From Takakia lepidozioides (lineage: Eukaryota; Plantae; Bryophyta), in assembly GCA_030704615.1 (NCBI GenBank), contig CM060733.1, forward strand, positions 28,768,001 through 28,832,000: DNA of 64,000 bases. The letters run 5' to 3'. Of the stretch, positions 51,901-63,355 are shown piece by piece; positions within the stretch are counted from its first letter, which is position 1; each line of letters starts with the position of its first letter. A model generated the notes under the pieces. The model saw only the letters and a program-made list of their open reading frames with translations. It had not been told where the DNA came from and searched no databases. A program made the translations under genes and the position numbers.

Positions 51901-53328
51901 TACAAGGTAGCACCAATTGGTTGGAACTGGCTGAACATGGCCCAATTATAATGCAAACCCACCTGCTCCTTCATCTGCTCAGCTTGAAGCTTGAGACTAG
52001 AATAGTTGGCCATGGAGGTCCCAGCAACAATGGTACACATGGTTTAGATTCACTTTGTAGGGTTGCCCTTCACCATTGTGAAGACACATAATGTTATTCA
52101 TGATGTCTATGCTGGCCTCTGCACCCTTCATCCAATCCAGACCCAGCAAAACTTGCTCACCCATGGTGGCAATGCAGGTTAGCAAGACAATTTTTCCATA
52201 GGTAAGGTGACTAACCCGATAGGTTCATAAGCCGTGCCATCAGCTATGGTGACCACAAGGCCGTGAGAAGAGCCAATCTTTAATCCAAGAATGCGAACTG
52301 TGCTAAGTGGAATGGCAGACATGGTACAGCCCATATCAATAACACATGGAAATGAAAGGTAGCCTACATGGCATTGTGTCATCAACGGATGAATACGGTC
52401 CCGACTGACACGTTTATAGGCTTCACAATGCATGAGTTTGAAATCACGAGAAAGACCAGCACTTACCAGCGTGTTGGGGTTCTTACCATGGTCATCTGGC
52501 ACCATCACAGACGACCGGGTTCGTTTAAAGTACCCTGCTGTTTCTTATCCCTTTGTAACTGTTCAATCAGGGCAAGCAAGTCAGACTGGTAAGGGCACCA
52601 CCTGGTGTATTGCTTGATGGACTTGCAAATCATGCAAGCCACCACTGAGGTCCTGGTGTCATGACGCATGCCAGCATAGGCTTTAATTTGAGTCCCAGAT
52701 CTGGCAGGGACTGCAGGGTTCCAGCCTACCTTAGCCTTGAAGGCTTGCAGCTCTCCTTGGATTTCATTACGAAAGGATGACAATTCATGCACAATGGAAG
52801 GGACCAGATCTGCTGCAATACCTTTCACCCCAGGGTCCCCATCAGTAGGCTCTACACAGTGACTCTCACTAGCGAAATGAGTGTGTTTCGTGGTGGCGAC
52901 TTTAGACAGGCCTGCCTTAGCAACTTTGAGACGTAATCGTTCTTCAATCAATTCCACCATCACATCTTCAGTGGTGTAAGACTATTTTTGCAAAAACACT
53001 TTCTCAGCAGGTGGCAAGCCTTTTACAAAACAATGTTTCAAAATAGCAGGTCTTTCTGATGTAATCAAAACCGACTTACAAATTGCAGTTCGTAAATCAA
53101 TGTAGTATTTCCACACACTATCGCCATAATGAAATTTTAAGTCTGGTGTGGTGTAAGGTATGGGCTTTTCTTCACGAAAGAGCTTGCGAGCCAACTCTCT
53201 AGCCTCGACCCACGTAAGATCAGTTTTGTCCTTAATGTTGGACTCAAATAGTTTCTTGGCCTCTCCCTTGAGATAGATCCGAAATGACTTGACTTGGAAT
53301 CGTGGAGGAACCCCATTCATTTCAGTGT

Positions 53329-56300
53329 TGTCGTGCACCTAAGCATCGTGCCACAACATACATCGTTGTCCATCACACAATCTAAGCACACAATCCTAGA
53401 AAGCTATACCACAATGATAATGAAAGTGAACATAATGGAAACCCTCCACTCATGAATCCACTCAATCACATAAAGTAAGTCAAGCCAATGGCACCCTTGC
53501 TAAGGGAATCCACCCTACAAAGCACTCACCACACTCCCTCTCAATACCTAGAGCTATGGAGGTGAGAGAGGCTCATGGAGGCTCAACTACAAGAAGATGG
53601 GCCTCCTCCATCCTCACAAGGGATATAAATATCTAAAATGTCCTAGTTAACTAGAAGTAGGTAATTCTAGATAGCCATGACAGCTGTCATGCACCTAAGC
53701 ATCGTGCCACAACATACAAGCACACAATCCTAGAAAGCTATACCACAATCGCCCCCCTAGCTGGTGATTAGGTCCCTCTAACACCGGATAGCTGACAAAT
53801 ATCCATCCCAATAAGATCATCGCGTGGTCATCAATCGCCCATTGGCAAACTACTATCGATGGCGTGTCAAGGGATTTAACAGCATTGCAAAGGCTCTTAC
53901 CAAGTTGACCAAGGTGGGTCAAGAGTGGCAGTGGGAGGAAGAGCAAGAGGAAGCATTTGAGGAACTCAAGGCTCGATTGACTTCTGCACCTATTCTGAGG
54001 CGGCCTTTCCAGCTACATACAGATTGGAGTATTCTGGGGATTGGAGCAATGCTCACACAGGTGGATGATGAGGGAAGAGAGTTCATAGTGGCATATGCTA
54101 GCCGCTCGAACAATGATGCCGAGGCGAAGTATAGTTCCTATGAAGGGGAGTGTCTGGCTGCAGTATGGACAGTGGCACATTTTAGATGCTACCTCTATGG
54201 CAATCTCTTCACTCTTGTCACGGATCACCAACCATTGAAGTGGTTGATGGAGTCAGACAAGCTTACAGGGAAGCTTGCACAGTGGGCACTTATGCTTCAA
54301 GAGTACGACTTCTAGGTGGTACATCGAGCCGGAATAGTCAACCGGGATGCGGATGGATTGAGTCGCAATCCATGCACAAGTGAGCTTGATGATACAGGAG
54401 CTCGTTGGCATGGTGAGACGGACAAGGAGATGGTGCCAGAATGACACACATCTGTCTTTTTATGCATTCTAGCAATGGGAGCTCAAGCTGGTCCATCCCA
54501 TGTGATTGGTCATAGAGATAGTGTGCATGACGATCCAGAGATCAGTGAGGAGTTTGGTGGTGCTAAGGATGTACATGAAGATGCAGCAATGTTGGCCTAC
54601 CTTCGTACTGGAGAGACAGCAGCCAGTGTGACTGCTAAGGAGAGAGATCGGATCCTACAACGAGCCAAAAGGTTTAAGTGGGAGGGGACTCACCTACTCC
54701 GAGTATGGGAGGATGGACGAGTGAGGATTGTGCCTCATCCAACACAGCGAGCGCGATTGGTACGCCATGCCCATGAGGAGTTGGGACATTTTGGGGTGCG
54801 ACGCACTCATAGCTTGCTGCAATGACAGTATTGGTGGCGGGGCATGCACACGGATGTGCAACAGTTAGTGGCAAGGTGCATGGTGTGTGATAGAGTGCGG
54901 GCTTTTTTCAATGCACCTACTCCACAATTGCATCATTTCCCCATTATGGGTTTGGGCTATCGTTGGAGTCTTGACTTTGCAGGCCCATTGCCACTGACGA
55001 TTCGCCATAACAATTATGTGCTGGTGATGGTGGAACATTTCTCCAAATGGATTGAACTAGTGGCATTGCCTGATAAGGCAAGTGAGGGGGCTGCGTATGC
55101 ATTCTTAGATCGAGTGCTTAGCCAATTTGGTGCTCCAGCCGAGATACTCACGGACCAGGGGAGAGAGTTCTTGGGGGAATTTCAGACTTTGTGTAAGCAA
55201 GCCTTGATAGATCACCGCACTACTTCTCGGGATCATCCCGAGGCTGATGGCTTGGCGGAGAGAGTTGTTCAGACAGTCAAGAGAGGTTTGCGCAAGTACG
55301 GTTTGCAGAAGGGACACCTAGGAGATTGGGACCTTCAGCTGCCTTGGCTAGCTATGGGCTATAGGTTCAGCAAACAAGCTTCGCTTGCCTCTTTCTCACC
55401 TTACTTTCTTCTCTTCAGCCGAGAGCCAGATTTGCCTGCATCTATTTGCAGGGAGACTGCAGTAGTCCTCAACCTTGATGATCCGGATGTGTGGACACAA
55501 GCATGTGCCCAACGGACAGAGTTGTTCAAGAGAGTCATGCCTATGGCTTTTGAGAACCTTGTTATTGCCCAACACCGAGACACATTGAGGTATGTCACTA
55601 TACGTGGAGGGAGGTATCGGCCAAGTGTTCGGCGTTTCCATCCTGGGGACTATGTGTATCTGCAGCAGACATCGCCTACGACATTGGATGTCACAGCAGG
55701 TCGTGTGATTCTAAGGGTCCGGGAGGTGTTGCCTTCAAGAGTGTTGATTCTGGAGGGTCGAGATGGCATGGTATGGAAGGACCATGTGCGCAATTGTGTG
55801 CCATGTCACCTTCCACATGTGGATGGGATGATAGATCCCAACCTTGCAGTGGTACCTGCAGGGTTGCATTGCATGCTATGTGGGCATGCTGGTGGTGTCG
55901 CGACCATGTTGGTGTGTGACAAATGCTCAAGGGGGTGGCACATGGAATGCTTGACACCGCCACTTGAGGAGGTTCCTAGTGGAGAATGGTTGTGTCCACG
56001 ATGCCTTGGATAGAGGTAGTGGGGCATGACAGTGGTGAGGTTGACAAGTGATCCAAGGTCTAGCTAACGGGAGTTCAATGCCATGGACACCCAATTGAAG
56101 CCATGAAAGCACGAACTCTGCTCACATCTATGGGGCGTGGATTGCATGCAATGGCCTCCACCTTTGTCTATTGAACACCCAATCCTCCAGGGTATATCAT
56201 GTGGCCCAGATACTCAATCTGATTGTGGAAGAACTTGCACTTTCCAGCGTGCAGTTTCAACCCGTGCGTTCTCAAGCGCTCAAACACCATCTGAAGGTGT

Positions 56301-57494
56301 CTCTCGTGCTCCTCAATCGTAGCACTAAAGATGATGATGTCATCAAAGTAGCACCGGGCGAAGTCTAGCCCCGCAAGAATCCTATCCATGACCCTTTGAA
56401 ACTCTACAGGAGCATTCTTCAACCCAAACGGTAAGAACCGCCATAGGTACAAACCATCCTTCCCATGTTGGTCAATCCTCCAGAATGTCGTCTTTTGCTT
56501 GTCAGCCTCTTTGATTGGCAACTGGTGGTAACCGGATCGCAAATCCAATGTGTTAAACACCTTTGCATGCCCAATGGCATCAAATATCTCCTCTGGAGTT
56601 GGCATGGCATATCTATCGGACTTAGTCTGACGGTTCACAGGACGATAGTCCCCACACATCCTTCTTTCTATCCAATTGCCATAGATATTCTTCTTAGCTG
56701 GCATCACCGTTGCCGAGGCATACTCCCCGCCTGACAACTCCACCAATCCAGCTTCGAACAACTCCATAGTCCGTGACTGGATCAATGACCTCTCCATGTC
56801 ACTATACCGGTAGGGCCTTCGAAAGATTGGCGTGTCACTTGTCAAATCAATACGAATCTCTTGACCCTTCAAACTCCCCAAATCCTTCAATCCGAAGGCA
56901 AAACAATTTCTATAAGCCCTTAGAAATCGCCGAATCCTCCGTCTATCTCCTCCGGTGACTGTAGGTCCAACATCTGGTTCTCAATTGTCCTCAGTGACTG
57001 CAACCTTGGGTACACCAGGCTTGGAGGTAAGAGACGCATCCTTTGGTTGCTAGATAACAACCTCTTGGGCCTTGTCCGCCCATCCTGACTGTGGCATAGC
57101 CTCCACTTGCTCCGCCATAGCCACCTTGAGAACATCCTCTGAACAAGAAACATTCTCAACCTCTTCAAAAACCTTAGCCACCTTGTCCTCCAATTGATCC
57201 TCAATGTATGGCTCTCCCCACTCCTCCTACTGCTGCTTGAGGGATCCAATGACTCTCTCTTTGCGCATCTCATCCCACATCTGCCATGGGAGTTTTCACC
57301 CGTATGATCATGTGCTCGCCTCCACTCACTGCCTCCACCGTCCCGGTTGACAGAGAGGGTGCAATATCCAATAGGAGTGCGGAAGTAGCCTGCTTGCAAT
57401 CTCCGTTGCTCAGCCATACACAAGCCAATGACCCATGTCAAGCAATTGGGATCCATTGTCTGACCCAACACCTAGCGTCGTGATGCCTCTGACA
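53329..57494 (-). mobile_element. Second DNMT/PHD gypsy family (family 2): permuted LTR block, internally inverted pol, truncated
   Basis: A 53329-53415, B 53416-53682, gc, A 53685-53749, then the PPT complement cgcccccctag. RNase H-IN-PHD is on + (~53840-56100) and RT is on - (56100-56900). DNMT motif X remnant SEASRR*VLGQTMDPNCL at ~57400-57494. Confidence 0.9.
54844..56013 (+). CDS. Integrase core with C-terminal PHD finger (family 2, inverted segment)
   Basis: DDE core, then CMLCGHAGGVATMLVCDKCSRGWHMECLTPPLEEVPSGEWLCPRC, a canonical C4HC3 PHD finger. Confidence 0.92.
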   Translation: MHTDVQQLVARCMVCDRVRAFFNAPTPQLHHFPIMGLGYRWSLDFAGPLPLTIRHNNYVLVMVEHFSKWIELVALPDKASEGAAYAFLDRVLSQFGAPAEILTDQGREFLGEFQTLCKQALIDHRTTSRDHPEADGLAERVVQTVKRGLRKYGLQKGHLGDWDLQLPWLAMGYRFSKQASLASFSPYFLLFSREPDLPASICRETAVVLNLDDPDVWTQACAQRTELFKRVMPMAFENLVIAQHRDTLRYVTIRGGRYRPSVRRFHPGDYVYLQQTSPTTLDVTAGRVILRVREVLPSRVLILEGRDGMVWKDHVRNCVPCHLPHVDGMIDPNLAVVPAGLHCMLCGHAGGVATMLVCDKCSRGWHMECLTPPLEEVPSGEWLCPRCLG

Positions 57495-60400
57495 CACTTC
57501 GGTAAGCTCCCCTTCAAGTCATAGTTACTTGCTTGATGTGCGCGCCTAACTCCCAAACTAGCCACCGGGCCAACTCGGAGCTTCGGCTACTCACCGGGGC
57601 ATAACGGTCCCCCTTTACTCCTCCACTAGACCCTCTCCCAATTTGAGCCTAGTGGAAATTCCCTTTGGTCGAAGGCAGTCCGGAATAGCTCCCCACACCT
57701 TGGTCGCTTTCCGGCTCGCACGCTTACTCACTAGTTTTTGGACACCAACGGGCTTGCACCGTTCTCGGGGTTACTACTCCCTATATATACTTTTGTGACT
57801 GTCCGCGGGGGTTTCACAAACAACACCACCATTTTATGGCGAACCACCACGAAAACCCTCGATTCCCGGTGATGAGTCGCGGTGAGTCTTGGCCCACCCA
57901 CCACGGTCCCCTTGGACCATGATGAGTCCCAAGACTCCCCACGACTCCCACCACAAGGTCTCCGCCCCCATGGTGAGTCCTATGCCACCCCCACTAAGTC
58001 CCACTAAGCTACCACCACCCCTTGTGGAGCCACCCCCACCGCAACCCGGTGTGCGGGGCTCCACCTAGTGAGTGCCTCCGCCTCCTCGAGTGCTTTGGGC
58101 ACTTGAGGTTGCTTCAGCCCCCTGTACCTATTGCTGCCACCGCCCCCACCACAAGGGCAGCCCCTCTCCGACCCGACCCCCTGCCCTCAAGGCAAAGGGC
58201 CGCGACACACACCCCTACCAACAGGGAGTTGATGTCCTTATCGACTTGTCCATTTTGTAGAAATGAACATCCAAGTTGTGGCGTCCCACATCAAGGAGTT
58301 TGTTTCTACACCATGGCATCCCATGACTAAGAACCAAACCCCCACTTGACTCTTCTCTCCACTAGCTAGTTCGGCCGACTTCATCCAAGTCCCAGCCAAG
58401 GGTGGAGCCTCTCAAGCTCCTCCCAATGCACTCTTCTTGACCCACTTCAGGGCCAAGGATCGATCCTCCCCGAGGATTGAATCGCCTTACTGCAACAACA
58501 TTTGCTTGCGACCGCTCGTGATGTCATTTTTGGCATCACCTTGAGCAAGGGTTCACCTTGAACCCTTTTTGACTAGGAAGATAACCTTGAACCAACCGTG
58601 CGCCTCAATCACTACAAATTGGGTCCGCTTTGGAATGCTGGCATGAGGTACGGGAACACGCTGAAGCCGCACTACGACTTCGTCCCAAGGCTACACGATT
58701 ATAGTACGTGAACGGAAGCATGTAGCTTCCGCGTTAGCCCGCACTACAAGGCAACCCCCTCGGTAGCGCAGTTATAGTACGCGCACGCGCCAGGTGCGCA
58801 CTAGCACGTGAACTCCCAACGAAGGTGCAAGTTTCATTGCCCCTTGGGTGGGAGTCACCCGATTTCGGCACTACACAAACACACGATTAATCCAATTTAC
58901 CTCTCCCACTTTGTAAGCTTAGCATGCATTCTACACACTAGCCAACCATACCATGCATCACCATTCCAAACAAAATAGGAAGCACAAGATTTGGAAACCA
59001 TTTCTTTTATAACAAAATTTGTACAATACAAGTTTTTGCAATTGGATTCCTGAGCTAGCTAAGCCGGGCTAAGCATGCATTTCCTCCCCCATGCTCTAAG
59101 GTTGATGTCCCCATCAACGCTTCTTCCGCTTTTGAGGTCGCCCTTCGAAAGCTGCAACCGCCTTGGATGCGTTTCCCATTTCTGAGGCACACACCCAAGA
59201 TGCCTCCACATGATGATAGCCCTTCCATTTCACGAGATACTCCGTTTCTCAATTCTTGAACCTCCTCGACTTAAGCACTGCCTCCACCTCGTACTCAGGT
59301 TCATTTTCATGATCCAACAGCACAGGTGGCGGACGCAACACTTGAGGCCGATTCGGACGCGCTTCATCTTTGAAGTAAGGCTTCAAAAGGGAGACATGGA
59401 ATATCGGATGCACCTTGCTGTTTGCCGGCAGCTCCAATTCATACACATCCTCATTCATAATCTTCCGGATGCGAAAGGGTCCCGCATATGGAGGTACGAA
59501 CTTCAGACTCACTTCTAGAGGTAGTCGAAATTTTTTGATGTTCAACCAGACCTCCGTGCCTGCCTCAAACTTAACCTCCCTCCGCTTCCGATTCGCCTAC
59601 CGTTCATACCGTTTCCTAGCTTTGGCAATGTTGAGCTTCAACAAACGCCCGTGTTCTTCCAACACTGCCGCTGCTGCCGGTTCCTCAACGTCTTGAGCGG
59701 CCCAACTTGTCGGCACCAGAGGTGCTTTTCCATAGACCAATACGAAAGGGGAAACTCCTGTTGCGGAATGTTTTGTGTTATTATAACATAACTTTGCCGC
59801 ATCCAAGTGCTCCACCCAGTCCGATTGGTCTGCCGGCACGTAATTCCGCAAAATCTGCTTCACCACGGAATTCACTTCACCGGGTTGGAGCCAATATAGT
59901 GGCGCCAAAGCTCAAGGCAATGCACCACTTCCTTCATTTCTTTCTCGTGCGTTGGCCACCGCCGCTCCACTTCATTCAGTTTCTTATTATCGTAAGCCAC
60001 TGGACGTCCCTCCTGCATGAGTACACCGCCAATCGCGAAGTCCGACGCATCCGTATGAATCTCAAATGGGCGGTCGAACTCCGGGATTTTCAGGACTGGA
60101 ACTTCTGCCATCCACTGCTTCAACTCGGTAAAAGCTTGGCCACAAAAGGTGTTCCATACCCAGACTTTGGATTTACACAGGAGGTCTGACAGCGGCCCCG
60201 CGATCTTGGCGAAATTTCTCACATACTTTCGGTAATAGGAGGCGAGTCGATCCTCCTGGGATCGAAGTCGGAGGCTCCCAGTCCAAGATTGCTCTCACCT
60301 TTCTGTCATCCATTTTGATATCATCCTGTGTAATCACATGCCCCAAGAACTCCACTTTTGTGACCCCGAATTCGCACTTTGAAGCTTTGGCATACAGCTT

Positions 60401-62748
60401 CCCTTCCCGTAATTTCTGGAACACCTTTTTGAGATGCTCCAAGTGCTCTTCCTTTGTTTTTGAGTACACCAAGATGTCGTCGATGTACACGATCACAAAG
60501 TCGTCCAACCACTCCTGGAAAAGGCTGTTCATTAGCGTGCTAAAGGTTGCGGGTGCGTTGGTGAGCCCAAAGGGCATCACCAAAAACTCATAAGAACCAT
60601 ACCTTGTCCTGCACGTAGTCTTTTCCTCATCTCCTTCCGCCACTCGAATTTGATGATATCCGGAGCGCAAATCGATCCGGCTGAAATACTTCGCTCCTAC
60701 CAACCGATCGAAGAGGTCATCGATCCTTGGCAAAGGGTATCGGTTTTTGATAGTCACCTTATTGAGAGTTCTGTAATCGACACACATCCGCAGCGTCCCA
60801 TCCTTCTTGTCTGCGAATAGCACCGGGGCTAAGGTGACTTACTCGGCCGGATGTACCCCTTTGACATTATAGCCTTGAGCTGAGTCTTCAGCTCGACCAA
60901 CTCTCTGTGGCTCAACCGGTAGGGTGCCTTGGCAGGCGGCTCCGATCCCGGTATCACCTCAATTTTGTGGTCAACTCCTCTTGGTAAATCCTCCGGCATC
61001 ACATCCTGATAATTCTCCAAAATCCCCTTGATCCAATCTGGGCTCAGCTCCCCATCGCCTTTTTCCTTCACTTGTCTTACGTAAAGCAAAAACTGGGGCT
61101 CGTGTGGCTCCTCCACGGCCCACTCCCTTGCTTACAAAAGGTTTATTCGCCCTCCCACGGGGTTGGGCGTTTCCGACATTCGTAAAACTTCGCCACCATT
61201 TCCACACGGTAGCGTGACTACTCTTTTGCCATCTATGACCGCTCCGGATCTGCTCAAAAAGGTCATCCCCAAAATGAGATCCACTCCATCGATCTCACAA
61301 ATGGTGAAGTTCTCACGTCCCTCCCAACTCCCGAACTGAAGAGGAACATCGAACGCCAACCTCGTCGCCAATTGTGGTTCTCCTTTAGCAGAACGCACCT
61401 CAATCGAGGCCCCCACATCACTTGTCGGGAGTCCCAGCTTCCGTGCCGTTGCCGGTGTCATGAAGGAGTGCGACGCTCATGTGTCCACCAACAACAATAC
61501 GTTAGTTCCGGAGATTATCCCACTCACAAACATTAACTGACTCCCTTTACGCAATGCGCCAGTTTCTTGATACAACTCACAAGAGTAGTTGCCTACCTTG
61601 CAAGTCTTGGCGACCACCGCCTCTACCAAGTGGCTGATGGAGGCTTCGGATAACTTAGTGGTTGCCCGAGTCATGTTCAATTGTCGAGGATTCATACACT
61701 TCTTGGCCATGTGCCCGGGCTCCCCGCAATTAAAGCACATTCCATCGAAGATCGCCTTCTGTCCGCCATAAGCCGCCGCACCTGGTTTCCCTTTCGAGGC
61801 ACCGGGTGTCGTCTTGACGTGTGAGGGCCATCCCTTCAATTTCCATGTGCCATTGTTGCCGCGTGGCCTATCCCACTTCTTTTCCGGTCGGAAGGAGTCA
61901 CCTTCCCGCCGGACCTTCTTGTGGTTCAGCTCCGTACGGCCTTGTCTTTCGCCCCTAGGGACATCCGAGAAACATTCAGCCCTTTCAATTGCCTCGTTCA
62001 AAGTCTTAGGTGGCTTCTCCTCCAACTTCCGTCTGGCCCATGGGGCCAGTCCCGCCACAAAGTTGAAGACCATTTCTGGTTCTGCCATGTCCACGACTTC
62101 GAGCAACAGCACATTGAAAGCCTGGACATATCCCCGAATGTCATCCGTTTGCTTCAAATTCCTCATCTTGTCTCGAGTGAGCCAGGACGCGTTGAGGGGC
62201 ACAAACTGTCTCTTCATGAGTTCCTTGAACCCACTCCAGTTTAAGGTCTCCAGGTTTGGACCTCGGTCGTGAAGGCGTTTCTACCACCATTGTTGAGCAT
62301 AGCCCCTCAAATAGGTGGGAGCCACTTCCACCTGATCCTCGTCATCCAACTTGGCCGCCCGGAAGTATTGCTCTAGCTCCAAGAGCCAGGTGTTGAGTGC
62401 CTTCCGATTTTGGACGCACTCAAAGGTGTCGGGTTCCTTAGGCTTCACCTTAAACTTTGCCTTAGTGGAAGTGGCATTAGTGGTCTTTAACACGTCTTCC
62501 AACGTCCCACCAAACTGCGCCAACAACCCTTCCCAAAAGGTTGCTGGCATGGGAGGTATCTGTTGGTTTGTCGGAGCTCTCAGGGATTCCTCGGGCTCCG
62601 ACTCCTCAGATTCCTCCTGTCCTTGAGCGGCCTCGCTTCCAAAGGCATGCATCGCTTCCTCAAATGGCTGCTTCGGTGACACGTCGCCCCCATCGGGCTC
62701 ACCAGGATCATCATCTTTCGGGCCGTTCTGCTTTCGCTTTGGCTTGCC

Positions 62749-63289
62749 TGTCGTGCGCATACATATCGCTACACAACTACATCGCTGTCCAAAACCACAC
62801 AACACATGTGCACACCACACACTAGTATACCACTAGTCCACCACTAGTCCAGCCACTAGTCCAACCACTAGGCTACAACAAGTCAGTCACTAGGCTGCCA
62901 TTATGCTGCCCACTATGGCAGTCACTAGTCCACACAATAGTTGTAGCACTTGTGGTTTCGAGTGATAAAGAAGAAGAATACAAGCACAAGCTCATGCGAG
63001 CTCACAAAGCTGAAGCATAAACTCATGCATATATAACCTCATCACTCAAATACAAGTCAAGCCAAGTGCACCCCACGCCATGGGGAATCCACACTACGGC
63101 GCCATAGCTAGGCGCGGTGAGGCTCAACTCGAGAAAGATGAGCCTTCCGCGCTTGCCGTGAAGATAACAACTCCAGGGCCTAAATCTGCCTTGACCCCTG
63201 GATTGACACTTGGGCCAATCCCAAATGTCAATATGTAAAAGCTAGCTATTTCCTAGCTAGTTTCACACTAGTGGTAAAATAACTTGACA
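62749..63289 (-). mobile_element. Solo permuted LTR (A-B) of family 1, inserted in the chromovirus gag
   Basis: Matches 23944-24438. TSD TGCC at 62745-62748 and 63290-63293. Removing it restores the gag start MGSGKPKRKQNG from the ATG at 63302. Confidence 0.93.
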
Positions 63290-63343
63290 TGCCCGACCCC
63301 ATGATGAGGCCGATCCCAAGGACTATCGCGTACTAAACTCTAA

Positions 63344-63355
63344 GCTCTGATACCA
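63344..63355 (-). promoter_or_regulatory. Primer-binding site complementary to initiator tRNA-Met
   Basis: Minus strand reads TGGTATCAGAGC, 2 nt from the LTR end. Confidence 0.92.

Larger units (their letters stand above)
47709..53328 (-). mobile_element. Ty3/gypsy retrotransposon with dUTPase-like domain (5' part cut by a nested insertion)
   Basis: gag 52505-53328, PR (VIDMGC, VLLGLDW), dUTPase-like segment, RT (RFCVDF, YIDD), RNase H (TDAS) and integrase (HASTYAGHLG, LDLVGP, TDQG). Candidate 3' LTR at 47709-48040 (minus strand TGTGAC...GTGACA) follows a G-rich tract. Confidence 0.85.
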
